Shown in pieces: positions 8,337 to 19,041 of a stretch of DNA of 64,000 nucleotides. The stretch's first letter is position 1, and the number at the start of each line of letters is the position of its first letter. This stretch comes from Bacilli bacterium. Its GTDB lineage: Bacteria > Bacillota_I > Bacilli_A > ML615J-28 > CAG-698. The DNA is taken from assembly GCA_050953065.1 (NCBI GenBank), contig JBMNLZ010000003.1, positions 352,001 to 416,000 on the forward strand. The letters are read 5' to 3'. A program made the position numbers and the translations under genes. The notes under the pieces are model-generated. The model was not told the origin of the DNA. It did not search any database and was given only the letters and a program-made list of their open reading frames with translations.

Positions 8337-10655
8337 CTAAATAAAAACATTCTTTACGATATCATCTAATGTTTCTGCATACTCAATATTTAATTGATTT
8401 CTAACAGCTTCAGGTATATCTTCTACATCTTTTACATTTGCTTTAGGAATAATAATTGTTTTTAATCCACTTCTTTGAGCCGCAATTGATTTTTCTCTAA
8501 TTCCACCAATTGGTAGAACTCTTCCTCTTAAAGTAATCTCGCCAGTCATTCCAACTGAATGATCTACCTTACGATTTGAAAAAGCTGAAATTATCGCAGT
8601 AGCAATTGTTACCCCTGCAGATGGTCCATCTTTTGGTACAGCACCTTCTGGTACGTGAATGTGAATATCATTTTCTTTAAACATCACTGGGTCTATTCCA
8701 TATTTAGAAGCATTACTCTTAACATAACTTAAAGCTGCTTGAGCAGACTCTTTCATAACGTCTCCTAGTTTTCCTGTTAAAACTAACTTTCCTTCACCTT
8801 TATAATAAGTAACCTCTATTGATAAAGTATCTCCACCAAATTGTGTATAAGCAAGACCTGTAACAACTCCAACTTGATTATCCTTATCAACTTTATTAAA
8901 TTGATATTTTGCTTTACCAAGCCAAGATTCTAAATTATCACCAGTAACTGCAATTACAGTATCTTTACCCATAAGAATATTTTTAATACTTCTTCTTACT
9001 AAAGTACCAATATTTCTTTCTAATTCACGAACACCTGCTTCTTTAGTATAATTTCTTATAATATCTAAAATAGCATCATCTGTTATAGAGAAAGCTTCTT
9101 TTTCTAAGCCATGTAATTCTAGTTGTTTTTGAACTAAATGTCTTTTAGCAATTTCTAGCTTTTCATATTCAGTATAACTACTTAACTCAACAATCTCAAG
9201 CCTATCTCTTAGAGGTGCAGGAATATTTTCTAAATAGTTAGCAGTAGCAATAAAGAAGACTTTTGATAGATCATATGGTTCTTCTAAATAGTGATCACTA
9301 AAAAATTTATTTTGTTCACTATCTAAAACTTCTAACAGTGCACTAGTTGGATCTCCTTTATAATCACTTGATAATTTATCAATTTCATCAAGTAAGAAAA
9401 CAGGATTTATTACACCAGCTCTTTTCATACCTTGTAAGATTCTACCAGGAAGTGCCCCAAGATAGGTTCTTCTGTGTCCTCTTATTTCACTTTCATCTTT
9501 TACTCCACCTAAAGATTGCTTAACAAATTTTTTATTTAAGCTTGCAGCAATACTTCTTGCAAGAGAAGTCTTACCAACTCCAGGAGGTCCTACAAAGCAA
9601 AGAATTGCTTGTGGATTTTTAGAAGTCATAATTCCAACAGCTAAATACTCTAAAATTCTATCTTTAACTTTTTCTAAACCATAATGGTCTTTATCAAGTT
9701 GTGCTTTTGCTGCATTAATATCTTTAGTATCTTTTGAGGCTTCAGTCCAAGGAAGACTAATAATAAAATCTAGATAAGTTCTAATGATAGAACTTTCTCC
9801 ACTTGAAACACCTAAAGAAGAATATCTATTTAATTCAAGCAAAGCTTTTTCTTCAATTTCTTTAGGCATTTTTTTATCAAGAATTTTTCTTTTCAATTCT
9901 TCAATATCAGTTTCTTTTCTTACCTTATCACCTAATTCATCTTGAATTACTTTCATTTTTTCTCTTAAATAATATTCTCTTTGAGAATCATTAATTACTT
10001 TTCTAACTTGACTTTCAATATCAGATTCTAACCCAGCAAGATATTTTTCTCTTTCAATATCTTCAAGCATCATTTTAAGACGCTCTAAAACATTTGGATT
10101 ATTAAGATATTTAATTTTATTTAAAACATCCATTGGTAAACTATAAGCTAGTAAATCAGTTAACTTATCAGCACTAACTCCTTTAAATACTGCATCAGCT
10201 AGTTCAGGAGATCCCGCAAAAATCTTTTGAGCTTTTTCATCTAATTGTTTTACTAAAACTCTAACACTTGCAAGTTCTTCATCTCTATCACCATATACAG
10301 CAGGTAGTGTTACAAAATTAACTAAACCAAAAGGAGAGCCATCGATAAATTCTAAAATTTCACATCTAACTAAACCATTAATTTTAACCTTATGAACAGC
10401 ACCCGATTCTAAATCATACATGATTTTACCAACTATGCCAATTGGATTCACATCTTCTATTTTAGGATTTTCTAAAGAGATATCTTTTTGAACCAAAACA
10501 ACAATATATTTCTTTTCTTTCATAGCTGCTTGAATTGCTTTAATGCTAGCTTTTCTACCAACATCTAATTTAATTTCATTGTTAGGAAGTGGTACAATCC
10601 CACGAACTACCATTGCCGGCAAAATCCCTTGGGCTTTTATTTCATTTGAATACAT
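8337..10655 (-). CDS. lon: ATP-dependent Lon protease
   Basis: GPPGVGKTS, IRGHRRTY, LLDEIDK, catalytic PKDGPSAG. Confidence 0.97.
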   Translation of the reverse strand: MYSNEIKAQGILPAMVVRGIVPLPNNEIKLDVGRKASIKAIQAAMKEKKYIVVLVQKDISLENPKIEDVNPIGIVGKIMYDLESGAVHKVKINGLVRCEILEFIDGSPFGLVNFVTLPAVYGDRDEELASVRVLVKQLDEKAQKIFAGSPELADAVFKGVSADKLTDLLAYSLPMDVLNKIKYLNNPNVLERLKMMLEDIEREKYLAGLESDIESQVRKVINDSQREYYLREKMKVIQDELGDKVRKETDIEELKRKILDKKMPKEIEEKALLELNRYSSLGVSSGESSIIRTYLDFIISLPWTEASKDTKDINAAKAQLDKDHYGLEKVKDRILEYLAVGIMTSKNPQAILCFVGPPGVGKTSLARSIAASLNKKFVKQSLGGVKDESEIRGHRRTYLGALPGRILQGMKRAGVINPVFLLDEIDKLSSDYKGDPTSALLEVLDSEQNKFFSDHYLEEPYDLSKVFFIATANYLENIPAPLRDRLEIVELSSYTEYEKLEIAKRHLVQKQLELHGLEKEAFSITDDAILDIIRNYTKEAGVRELERNIGTLVRRSIKNILMGKDTVIAVTGDNLESWLGKAKYQFNKVDKDNQVGVVTGLAYTQFGGDTLSIEVTYYKGEGKLVLTGKLGDVMKESAQAALSYVKSNASKYGIDPVMFKENDIHIHVPEGAVPKDGPSAGVTIATAIISAFSNRKVDHSVGMTGEITLRGRVLPIGGIREKSIAAQRSGLKTIIIPKANVKDVEDIPEAVRNQLNIEYAETLDDIVKNVFI

Positions 10656-10682
10656 AATTTGTTTCTCCTTTCTTTTTTTTAT

Positions 10683-11795
10683 TTATACTACAATTAAAGA
10701 ATCTTCTAAAAATTCATAAACTAAAATTTTAATCGCTTGAGAATAAGCTATTACATTCGCATCATCTAAAGCCTTTGTTATACCATATTTTAAAAGATAT
10801 AATTCTTTAATTTTTTTAACCTTTTCATCAATTTTAAAATGAATTGCATTATTACTACTCATTGCATAAGCACATAGTCTTTGTTCTGTTAGACTTGTTA
10901 ATAATTCATATCTTGAATTATTATTAACCTTAACAATTGGTTGACCAAAAGTTCTATATTTAGGAGTCTTACTTAACTCATCATAATGATTCAAAGTATA
11001 ATTATCCCAAACTATAATTTTTTTAGCCAAAATCATATCAATTAAAATTTTAATAGTATTATTAACATCTAAATAGAATTGCTCTGCTTCTTTTATATTT
11101 TTAATAAAACTATACGCTGATTTTGCTCCCCAAGGATCAATTAGGCTGGCAATTTTATCATCTAATTCTAGCAGTTTTCTTTTTCTAATACTAGTAATTT
11201 TAAATTTTTGTTTTTGATATTCTATTTCATCACCAACTTTTTTACCTAAAAAAGTTTGATATAAATCTATATTATATTCATTTGGATAAATTACTTCTTC
11301 TAGGATATGTGATGATTCTAACTTTTCAAATCCTACTTCACATTCTTCTTTTACAATATCAGTTTTAATTAATTGATAATAACCTTTTTGCATCATAATT
11401 AAATCAATGATTTCTTTTATTTCATCTTCTGTTAATTTAGGTAGTTTTGCTTTTTCTATTTTTAAAGCAGACTTTAATAAATCAAAAGACTCATCATAAA
11501 TACAATAAGTGACACTTACAATTAAAGGTTTATCTCTTTTTATAACACTTAAGATATTATAAATCCTTTCAGACATAATAATAATATCTTCTTCGATTAA
11601 ACCTTCTTCAATTATTTCAATAACTTTTTCATAAAACTTTTCTTTAAAAAAAGTATCATCACTATGAAATTTTGCTAAAGAGTTTTTATTTAAACTACTT
11701 TCAATTTCAACAAAAATTTCTTCTGTTTCACTTTTATCAAAAGTGACATAGATTTGTTGGTATTGTTCACTTAAATTATTAAAAGTACATTTCAT
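10683..11795 (-). CDS. Highly diverged trigger-factor-like protein
   Basis: Colinear similarity by eye to Tig in this window (LTEDEIKEII vs VTEEEIENEI; FLGKKVGDE vs MIGMKANEE; FKITSIRKRKLLELDD vs FKVKVHEVKKKEYPELND). Lacks the GFRxGxxP motif. Confidence 0.6.
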   Translation of the reverse strand: MKCTFNNLSEQYQQIYVTFDKSETEEIFVEIESSLNKNSLAKFHSDDTFFKEKFYEKVIEIIEEGLIEEDIIIMSERIYNILSVIKRDKPLIVSVTYCIYDESFDLLKSALKIEKAKLPKLTEDEIKEIIDLIMMQKGYYQLIKTDIVKEECEVGFEKLESSHILEEVIYPNEYNIDLYQTFLGKKVGDEIEYQKQKFKITSIRKRKLLELDDKIASLIDPWGAKSAYSFIKNIKEAEQFYLDVNNTIKILIDMILAKKIIVWDNYTLNHYDELSKTPKYRTFGQPIVKVNNNSRYELLTSLTEQRLCAYAMSSNNAIHFKIDEKVKKIKELYLLKYGITKALDDANVIAYSQAIKILVYEFLEDSLIVV

Positions 11796-11827
11796 TTAAT
11801 TCACCCTTACTAAAAACTCTTTTCTCC

Positions 11828-13066
11828 TTAAGCCATTTTTGCTTTTTTCTTAACACATTTTGGAAAAGCTTTTTTAGTAACAACATCTTTTGTTATAATA
11901 CATTTTTTTAAATCATGTTCATCTGGGACTCTAAACATTACATCTAACATAATGTTTTCAATAATTGATCTTAAGCCTCTTGCTCCTGTTTTTTGTTCAT
12001 ATGCAAGTTCTGCAATACTTCTTATAGCATCACTTTCAAACTCTAAATCAATTCCATCCATATGAAGCATTTTTTGATATTGCTTGATAATCGCATTTTT
12101 TGGTTCTAATAAAATCTTAATTAAATCATCAATTTCTAAATTTTCTAAAACACCAATGATAGGTAAGCGTCCAACAAGTTCTGGAATCATTCCATATCGT
12201 TGAACATCTTGATGATTTACCAAGCGATACATTTCTTTTTCAGTAATTTTATTTATACTTTCAGTTCCAAAACCAATTTTCTTTTTTCCAATTCTATCAG
12301 CTACAACATTAGTAATTCCTTCAAACGATCCACCACAAATAAAAAGCACATTTGTTGTATCAAAAGCAATAAACTCTTGATGTGGATGCTTTCTTCCTCC
12401 ACCTGGAGGCACGTTTGCAACTGTACCTTCTAAAATCTTTAATAAAGCTTGTTGAACTCCTTCTCCTGAGACATCTCTTGTAATAGATGGATTATCACTT
12501 TTTCTAGCAAGTTTATCCATTTCATCAATATAGACTATTCCTTTTTGAGCTTCTTCAACATTATAATCAGCAGCTTGTAAAAGTCTTAATAAGACATTTT
12601 CAACATCTTCTCCAACATAACCTGCTTGCGTTAGGCTTGTAGCATCAGCAATAGCAAAAGGTACATTTAAAATATTAGCTAATGTTTTAGCAATTAAAGT
12701 TTTACCACTGCCTGTTGGACCTAATAATAAAACATTGCTTTTTTCAATTTCAACATCACTACTTTGAAATAAATTATTTTGAATTCTTTTATAATGATTA
12801 TAAGCCGCAACTGAAATTATTTTTTTAACATTTTCTTGGCCAACTATATATTTACTTAGTTCATCATAAATCTCCTTAGGAGTATAATCTCCATAAGGAG
12901 TTTTAATTTCTTCCAAAGCATTTTTTGAATCTTTAATCATTTCATAGCAAGCTTCAATACAACTCTCACAAATATAACTATTTTCGCCTTCTACTACTTG
13001 AGTATCCTCATCTAGTGGTTGTCTACAAAAAGAACAAAGTTTAAGTTTCTTAAAATCACTTTTCAT
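11828..13066 (-). CDS. clpX: ATP-dependent Clp protease ATP-binding subunit ClpX
   Basis: CSFC...CESC zinc domain, [36 protein letters not shown] loop. Confidence 0.97.
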   Translation of the reverse strand: MKSDFKKLKLCSFCRQPLDEDTQVVEGENSYICESCIEACYEMIKDSKNALEEIKTPYGDYTPKEIYDELSKYIVGQENVKKIISVAAYNHYKRIQNNLFQSSDVEIEKSNVLLLGPTGSGKTLIAKTLANILNVPFAIADATSLTQAGYVGEDVENVLLRLLQAADYNVEEAQKGIVYIDEMDKLARKSDNPSITRDVSGEGVQQALLKILEGTVANVPPGGGRKHPHQEFIAFDTTNVLFICGGSFEGITNVVADRIGKKKIGFGTESINKITEKEMYRLVNHQDVQRYGMIPELVGRLPIIGVLENLEIDDLIKILLEPKNAIIKQYQKMLHMDGIDLEFESDAIRSIAELAYEQKTGARGLRSIIENIMLDVMFRVPDEHDLKKCIITKDVVTKKAFPKCVKKKAKMA

Positions 13067-13107
13067 AAGTTAGCCTCCTTTCTTTAAAAATAATTTTTTA
13101 AAAAAAA

Positions 13108-14400
13108 TTATTTTGCACTATCTTTAATTAAATTAATAGCCTTTCTCATTTTAATATAATGTTTAACATTGTTTTCTTTAATTTCTTGTTTTAAAGTTTT
13201 AACATCTTTTTTATAATGTTCTGATAGACTAGAATATTCTTTTTCTAATTCTTCTTTTGATACATCTAATTTTTCTTCATCAACAATTGCTTGAAGAACT
13301 ATTTTTTCTAAAATTGATTTTTTAGCACCTTCAGTTATTTTTTCTTTATATTGATCAATTGTCATTTGATAGAATTGAAGCATCTTTTCAGCAGTTAAGC
13401 CATATTGTTTGGCTTGAGCTTCAAGTTCAGCAAACATTGTATCTTTTTCTTGTTCAATAAAAGCATTAGGAATATCAACTTTAGCATTCTCACATGCTTT
13501 AGCCATTAATTTATTAACTAAATCATTTTCAGCATTCTTTTCTTTTTCAGCTTTTAATTCTTTCTTTATTGACTCTTTATATTCTTCTACTGTATTAACA
13601 TTATCAATTTCTAAAGTCTTAACAAATTCATCATTTAATTCAGGATATTCTTTTTTCTTAACTTCGTGCACCTTTACTTTAAATGTTGCAGCTTTGCCCT
13701 TTAAGTTTTCTGCTTGATAGTTTTCAGGAAAAACCACATTAACATCTTTTTCTTCATTTGCTTTCATTCCAATCATTTGGTCTTCAAAGCCAGGAATAAA
13801 TTGGCCACTTCCAATTTCTAAACTATAGTTATTGGCTTGTCCGCCTTCAAATGCTACTCCATCAACAAATCCTTCAAAATCAAAAACGGCAGTATCACCT
13901 TTTTCAATAGGTGAGTTTTCAGCTAATTTTAAAACAGCATTTGAACCTAAAACTTTTTTAATTTCATTTTCAATTTCTTCTTCTGTTACTAAAGTTGATA
14001 ACCTTTCAACTTCTAACTCTTTATATTGACCTAAAACAACTTCAGGATAAACTTCTACTTCAGCAGAAAACGTAAAACTATTATTTTCAAGTGGTGTTAC
14101 TAAATCAATAACTGGATCTGAAACCACTAAAATATTATTTTCTTCAACCGCTTTAAAATATGCTTCTTGAATAGTTATATTAATTGCTTCTTGATATAAA
14201 GCACTTTCTCCAAACATTTTTAAGTAAACATCTTTTGGAACCTTACCTTTTCTAAAGCCCTTAACGCTTACATCTTTTGAAACTTTTTCAAAAGCAGGAT
14301 CTAATGCTTTTTCAAAATCTTCTTTTGTAACTGCAATAGTTAATTTTACCTTACAGCCTGATACTTTTTCTAAATTAAAAGTCTTGTTTTTTTCACTCAT
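13108..14400 (-). CDS. tig: Trigger factor
   Basis: GFRKGKVP ribosome-binding motif and FKBP domain (GSGQFIPGFEDQMIG). Confidence 0.97.
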   Translation of the reverse strand: MSEKNKTFNLEKVSGCKVKLTIAVTKEDFEKALDPAFEKVSKDVSVKGFRKGKVPKDVYLKMFGESALYQEAINITIQEAYFKAVEENNILVVSDPVIDLVTPLENNSFTFSAEVEVYPEVVLGQYKELEVERLSTLVTEEEIENEIKKVLGSNAVLKLAENSPIEKGDTAVFDFEGFVDGVAFEGGQANNYSLEIGSGQFIPGFEDQMIGMKANEEKDVNVVFPENYQAENLKGKAATFKVKVHEVKKKEYPELNDEFVKTLEIDNVNTVEEYKESIKKELKAEKEKNAENDLVNKLMAKACENAKVDIPNAFIEQEKDTMFAELEAQAKQYGLTAEKMLQFYQMTIDQYKEKITEGAKKSILEKIVLQAIVDEEKLDVSKEELEKEYSSLSEHYKKDVKTLKQEIKENNVKHYIKMRKAINLIKDSAK

Positions 14401-14472
14401 GATTGTATTCTCCTTTTTTTACTGTATGTAATTATATCAATTTAAGGCGATTTATGCAAGCAATTTGTATTT

Positions 14473-15072
14473 TTATAAAAAAATATGCCTAGCATATTTT
14501 TCAATTTCAGAAATAACACTTTCATCATAGCCTAATTCATTTATTGAATTAATTAAATCATAAAATCTATATAGCATATACTCCTTATCAATTTTAAACT
14601 CCCCAAGCATTTCTTTAAGCATTGCTTTTTGAAAAACTACTAATAAAAGAGTAATTACTCTTTTTGAATCTTTAATAGATTTAATGTCTGTATAATTAGT
14701 TTTTTCTAAATCATCAAAAAAACATTTATTTTCTGGTAAAGTTAATAAACTGCTTTTCTCAATTAATAAACTACTAAAAAACAAATCTCTCTTTTCAATA
14801 TAACTAGCCAACAATAAACTCAACAAATCATATGATTCATACCCCTTTGTTAATAATAACAAGCCTTTATCAATTACTTCTTTAAAAAGTCTTAAATTAA
14901 AAAAAGATGATAAAACTAAATCATAGATATTTGTTTTTTTATAAAAGTCAAAATCTTCTAATAACTGATTAAAATAAACAATTATTTTTTCATAATTAGA
15001 AGTTTCATATAAAGCATAAATTTTGTTTTCTAATACTATTTTTTCAGTGGGAAATTTAATAATCTTAGACAT
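14473..15072 (-). CDS. Hypothetical helical protein, possibly YsoA-like
   Basis: N-terminal KIIKFP. Lies directly upstream of tig, as ysoA does in Bacillus. Family call is tentative. Confidence 0.45.
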   Translation of the reverse strand: MSKIIKFPTEKIVLENKIYALYETSNYEKIIVYFNQLLEDFDFYKKTNIYDLVLSSFFNLRLFKEVIDKGLLLLTKGYESYDLLSLLLASYIEKRDLFFSSLLIEKSSLLTLPENKCFFDDLEKTNYTDIKSIKDSKRVITLLLVVFQKAMLKEMLGEFKIDKEYMLYRFYDLINSINELGYDESVISEIEKYARHIFL

Positions 15073-15267
15073 TTTTTCGTTTAAAAACCTTTCAGTTTAA
15101 TCCTTAATTTTTAGTGCTTACTGATATATATTATACATTATTCTTAATCTAATTACAAATAAAATACATAAACAAAACCTTTAAACTTAATTTAAGAATT
15201 TTTTAAGTTTTCTACTTTACAAAGAGCATAAAATTTAGTATAATATTAAATGTATTTTGAAAATTTT

Positions 15268-15344
<77 letters not shown>

Positions 15345-15366
15345 ATCTTAATCTCTCTCTTTTTTT

Positions 15367-15400
15367 AGCTACACATAAATTTTTATGTGTAGTTTTTTTA
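15367..15400 (+). terminator. Terminator after tRNA-Arg
   Basis: CTACACATAAA-TT-TTTATGTGTAG followed by a T run. Confidence 0.8.
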
Positions 15401-15472
15401 TTAAATTAATATAGTTTTAATTTTTTTTATGATATAATCTAATAAAGAAAGTTTTTATTAAAAAGGTGGATT

Positions 15473-15988
15473 ATGGCTGATAAACTATTCATCGCAAAAA
15501 CTAAAGCAATTGAAAAAACTTTAGCTTTTTGTTCTCAAATTCTAAAGATGTCACCAATTAAATTAAAGTTCTTAATCTTTGAAGATTCAAGCAATGTTTT
15601 TGCTGCTTTTGATGCTTCAAAAAATAGAATTTTAATTGACTCTGCTTGGGCCAAGGATGCTACAATCATTGAAATAATTGTAGCTGTTGCCCACGAAATG
15701 AGACATGCTTACCAATTAAAACAAATCAATCTTTTAAATAAAAATAAAAAAACAACAGAACCAAAAAATGTTGTTATGGAATGGCATAATGATTTTGAAA
15801 ATTATGTCTTTCCCAAAACTGATTCTTTAGATGCCCAATACATAAAATCATCAATTGAAATAGATGCTTTAGCCTTTTCTTATTACTTTGTTAAAAAACT
15901 TTATAATTATGAAACTGCAATTCCAGAAATTATTAAAGAATCAGTCTTCTTTCAAGTAAAAGTTTTAGAATCTAAAAAATTAATATAA
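15473..15988 (+). CDS. Zincin-type metalloprotease-like protein
   Basis: AHEMRHAYQ (HExxH) with downstream EIDA as a possible third ligand. AAGGTGG RBS. Confidence 0.65.
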   Translation: MADKLFIAKTKAIEKTLAFCSQILKMSPIKLKFLIFEDSSNVFAAFDASKNRILIDSAWAKDATIIEIIVAVAHEMRHAYQLKQINLLNKNKKTTEPKNVVMEWHNDFENYVFPKTDSLDAQYIKSSIEIDALAFSYYFVKKLYNYETAIPEIIKESVFFQVKVLESKKLI

Positions 15989-15995
15989 TTAAATT

Positions 15996-16025
15996 AAAAA
16001 CATTTCGTTAAAACGAAATGTTTTT
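15996..16025. terminator. Bidirectional terminator between the zincin and Fic genes
   Basis: AAAAACATTTCGTT-AA-AACGAAATGTTTTT. Confidence 0.75.
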
Positions 16026-16044
16026 AATATCCTTTTATAAGTCT

Positions 16045-17275
16045 TTAAAACAAATCAATTTTCTCAAGATTTAATTTAAATAATTTGACCTTTTTATTTT
16101 CTGAAGATGTTAATATTTTTATTTTTTCCAATTCATTTAACAATCTTAAATAATATTGTTTTGAAAAATTATCGTTTGAAAACTCTTTATAATCTTTCCA
16201 ATTAAAATAACCATTTTTAGTAAAATGAATTATTAAAATATGTTTTAAAGCAATTTCATTAGAACGAGGCATTTCTATGCCTTTTTTTGTTTTTAATTTA
16301 TCTAGTATTGTATAAAAATTAATATATATTTTTGAATACTTTAATATTATATCTCCCATATATTCTAAAAAGTAAGTTATATCATTTTCTGATTTTCTTG
16401 AATTCATAATTGCATTATAATAATCCTTTTTATGAACTTTATTATTGATAGCTTCACTAACTAACAACAAACTAAGAGATGGTGCTTTTTTAAAATTATA
16501 CCAAAAGGATAGCACCCTTCCCATTCTTCCATTATAATCAAAATAAGGATGTAAATATACTAAATAATAATGAATTATATGAGAGGCAATCAAGTGTTCC
16601 TCATATTCTTTTTTTTGATTAATATAATCAATTAATCCATCCATTAATTTAGGCAGCATTTGCCAGTTTACACCTCTATCAATAACTGTATTTAATGCAT
16701 CTACAATGCTTACCTCAGCATGTCTATAAAAATTATTTGGTAGTAATTTTTCTTCTTCTTTTAAACATTTTTTAGATAATATTTCATATAATTTAAAAAT
16801 GTTTTCTTTTGTTATATCATTTTCTTTAACAAACTCATATCCAAGTAACATATTTTTAATGATAATATCATTTTTTTTCTTCTAAATCTTCATAATTTAC
16901 TTTACTTAATTTTTCAATTTCAGCTCTTGTACTTCTAACACCTTCTATTGCTAAACTAGATTCAATTTCAGAAAAAATAAAACCATTAAGCATTTCTGAA
17001 TCACTAAAATCAGAAAATTGATTAACTACAGAATTTCTAATCAAATCTTGACTATCAGCAAACTTTCTAATAATTTTTTTGCTATTCCAATAAAAAAGTT
17101 TTTCCCCTTTTTGATCATATAAGTCTAATTTCAAATATTCTTCATCTATTAGTTTTCCCTGATAAACTTCAGCCATATCATTATGAGTTAAACCATGTTT
17201 ATAAATAAGTTCTGATTCTCTAGGATAATGATCTAATTCTTGACACAAATTTTTAAATTTATTATACACATTCAT
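16045..17275 (-). pseudogene. Fic-domain protein split by a frameshift in an A8 tract (ORFs 16868-17275 and 16045-16851)
   Basis: Fic motif HPYFDYNGRMGR is in the distal ORF and the inhibitory SLAIEG motif is in the proximal ORF. Removing one A at 16871-16878 fuses them (EEKNDIIIKNMLLGY). Confidence 0.8.
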
Positions 17276-17298
17276 TTTTTTACCCTCTTACAACAATA

Positions 17299-17366
17299 GT
17301 TTACAATACTGTTTACGATATGTCAATATATTTGTTTACGATTTAGTTTACAATTTTGTTTATAAT
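17299..17366. repeat. GTTTA(C/T)RAT direct repeats with ~12-bp period upstream of fic
   Basis: Copies start at 17299, 17311, 17334, 17346 and 17358. Confidence 0.75.
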
Positions 17367-17384
17367 TAATCTTACAAAATTAAT

Positions 17385-17410
17385 AAAAGGCTTGATACGC
17401 AAGCCTTTTA
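17385..17410 (-). terminator. Terminator after rsmD
   Basis: AAAAGGCTTG-ATACG-CAAGCCTTTT. Confidence 0.75.
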
Positions 17411-17411
17411 T

Positions 17412-17960
17412 TTAAACTTTCTCAAATATTATAACTTCACTATGACCAAATGATTTATTTTTTAAAACTTCTAAACCCTTAACTTCTAAATTAATTTCCT
17501 TTTTCATAATCTGACAAATAATTATAGCCTTATCTTTTAATAAATCATCATTAATTAAAGTTTCAATTATTTCATTAATTACCTTTAATTTATATGGTGG
17601 ATCTAAAAACACAATATCAAACTTTTGTTTATTATCTTTAAACTTCTTTAGCGCATCTAAATAATCCATATTTAGAATACTAGAATTACTAGATTCTTTT
17701 GCTTTTAAAACATTTTTCTTAACAATTTCTAATGCTAGTTTATCTAGTTCCACAAAATAAGTAAAACTTACTCCTCTACTTAATGCTTCAAGCCCTAAAG
17801 CACCAGAACCCGCAAATAAATCTAAAGCAATTCCACCTTCAAAAAAGGGGCCTATAGTATTAAAAATAGATTCTTTCATCCGATCCATCATCGGACGAGT
17901 TGTTGCACCTTCTAAAGTATAAAGCATCATCCTTTTATGCTTTCCTGCAATAATTCTCAT
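17412..17960 (-). CDS. rsmD: 16S rRNA m2G966 methyltransferase
   Basis: MRIIAG, TRPMMDRMKESIFN, LDLFAGSGALGLEALSRG, FLDPPY. Confidence 0.95.
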   Translation of the reverse strand: MRIIAGKHKRMMLYTLEGATTRPMMDRMKESIFNTIGPFFEGGIALDLFAGSGALGLEALSRGVSFTYFVELDKLALEIVKKNVLKAKESSNSSILNMDYLDALKKFKDNKQKFDIVFLDPPYKLKVINEIIETLINDDLLKDKAIIICQIMKKEINLEVKGLEVLKNKSFGHSEVIIFEKV

Positions 17961-18856
17961 TTTTTCTTCTCCTTATAAGTTGGAGCATAAATCCTTAAAT
18001 GATTATGAAGGTTTTTAACTTTAATACTACCCTTTGGTCCTTCTTCTCCATCAACACACCAAGTAATATTATCATCACAAACAACTTCAAATTCAGAAGA
18101 AGAAAAATATCCTACATATCTATATTGTTTTTTCTTTCTAAAAGCAAAAATAATTGTTTTAACTAAATTAAGCATTCCTCTAAAAAGACCATACTTAACA
18201 GCTATAATATCAAAAACACCATCATTTAAATGTCCTTTTTTATTAAATTTAATTCCACCCGCTCTCACAGAATTTAGAATTAAAAGCATTGGGACAACAC
18301 CTTCAAAGTTAATATCTTCGCCCTTAATAACAATTTTGGCTACTTTAGGTTTAAAAAAGTCCTTTACACCATCAAAAAAATAAGCCAGTCTTCCTAATAT
18401 TTTCTTAGCTTTTTGTTTAGTCCTGTAACTTACTGCAGTAAATGTCCCCATCCCTACAACATAGAGAAAATATCTATCGTTTACTACACCAACATCATGA
18501 TTAATAATATTTCCATCAGTGATTACTTTTACTGATTTTTTAATATTCTTAGAAATCTTTAAATTTCTAGCAATATCATTAACAGTCCCAGATGGAATAT
18601 ATCCTAAAACCGGTCTTTCCTCACATGAAGCAATCCCACAAGCAATATCATTAAATGTCCCATCGCCTCCAGAAAAAACTAAAACATCATATTCCCCACA
18701 AACTTCTTTAGCTTTTGTAACAGTATCAAGAGCTGATTTTGTTGCATAGATATTAACTTCACCAAAAACCTTTTTTAATTCGCTTTTGATGAAATTAACT
18801 TTTTTCAAAATCTTTCCCTTGCCACTAATGGGATTATACATAAAGATACATTTCAT
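17957..18856 (-). CDS. Diacylglycerol/lipid kinase (YegS/DagK family)
   Basis: NPISG, GGDGT, IPSGTVNDIAR, VDGE. Confidence 0.9.
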   Translation of the reverse strand: MKCIFMYNPISGKGKILKKVNFIKSELKKVFGEVNIYATKSALDTVTKAKEVCGEYDVLVFSGGDGTFNDIACGIASCEERPVLGYIPSGTVNDIARNLKISKNIKKSVKVITDGNIINHDVGVVNDRYFLYVVGMGTFTAVSYRTKQKAKKILGRLAYFFDGVKDFFKPKVAKIVIKGEDINFEGVVPMLLILNSVRAGGIKFNKKGHLNDGVFDIIAVKYGLFRGMLNLVKTIIFAFRKKKQYRYVGYFSSSEFEVVCDDNITWCVDGEEGPKGSIKVKNLHNHLRIYAPTYKEKKK

Positions 18857-19041
18857 AATAATTTCTCCAATTACTACTATTATAAACGATTAATTCGCCT
18901 TTTAAAAGGAAAACCTTATTAAATAAAGAACTGTCTATTTAAAATGTTTATTAATAGCATAAATTTAGCCTATAATCGCCTTTCTACTACTATCTATATA
19001 AATTCATGTATAAGGTGTTTTAATCAAAACAACCCATTTTT

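Noticed and set aside
11828-14400. clpP missing between tig and clpX
   Set aside because: tig-clpX-lon without an adjacent clpP is the normal arrangement in Bacillus-type genomes.
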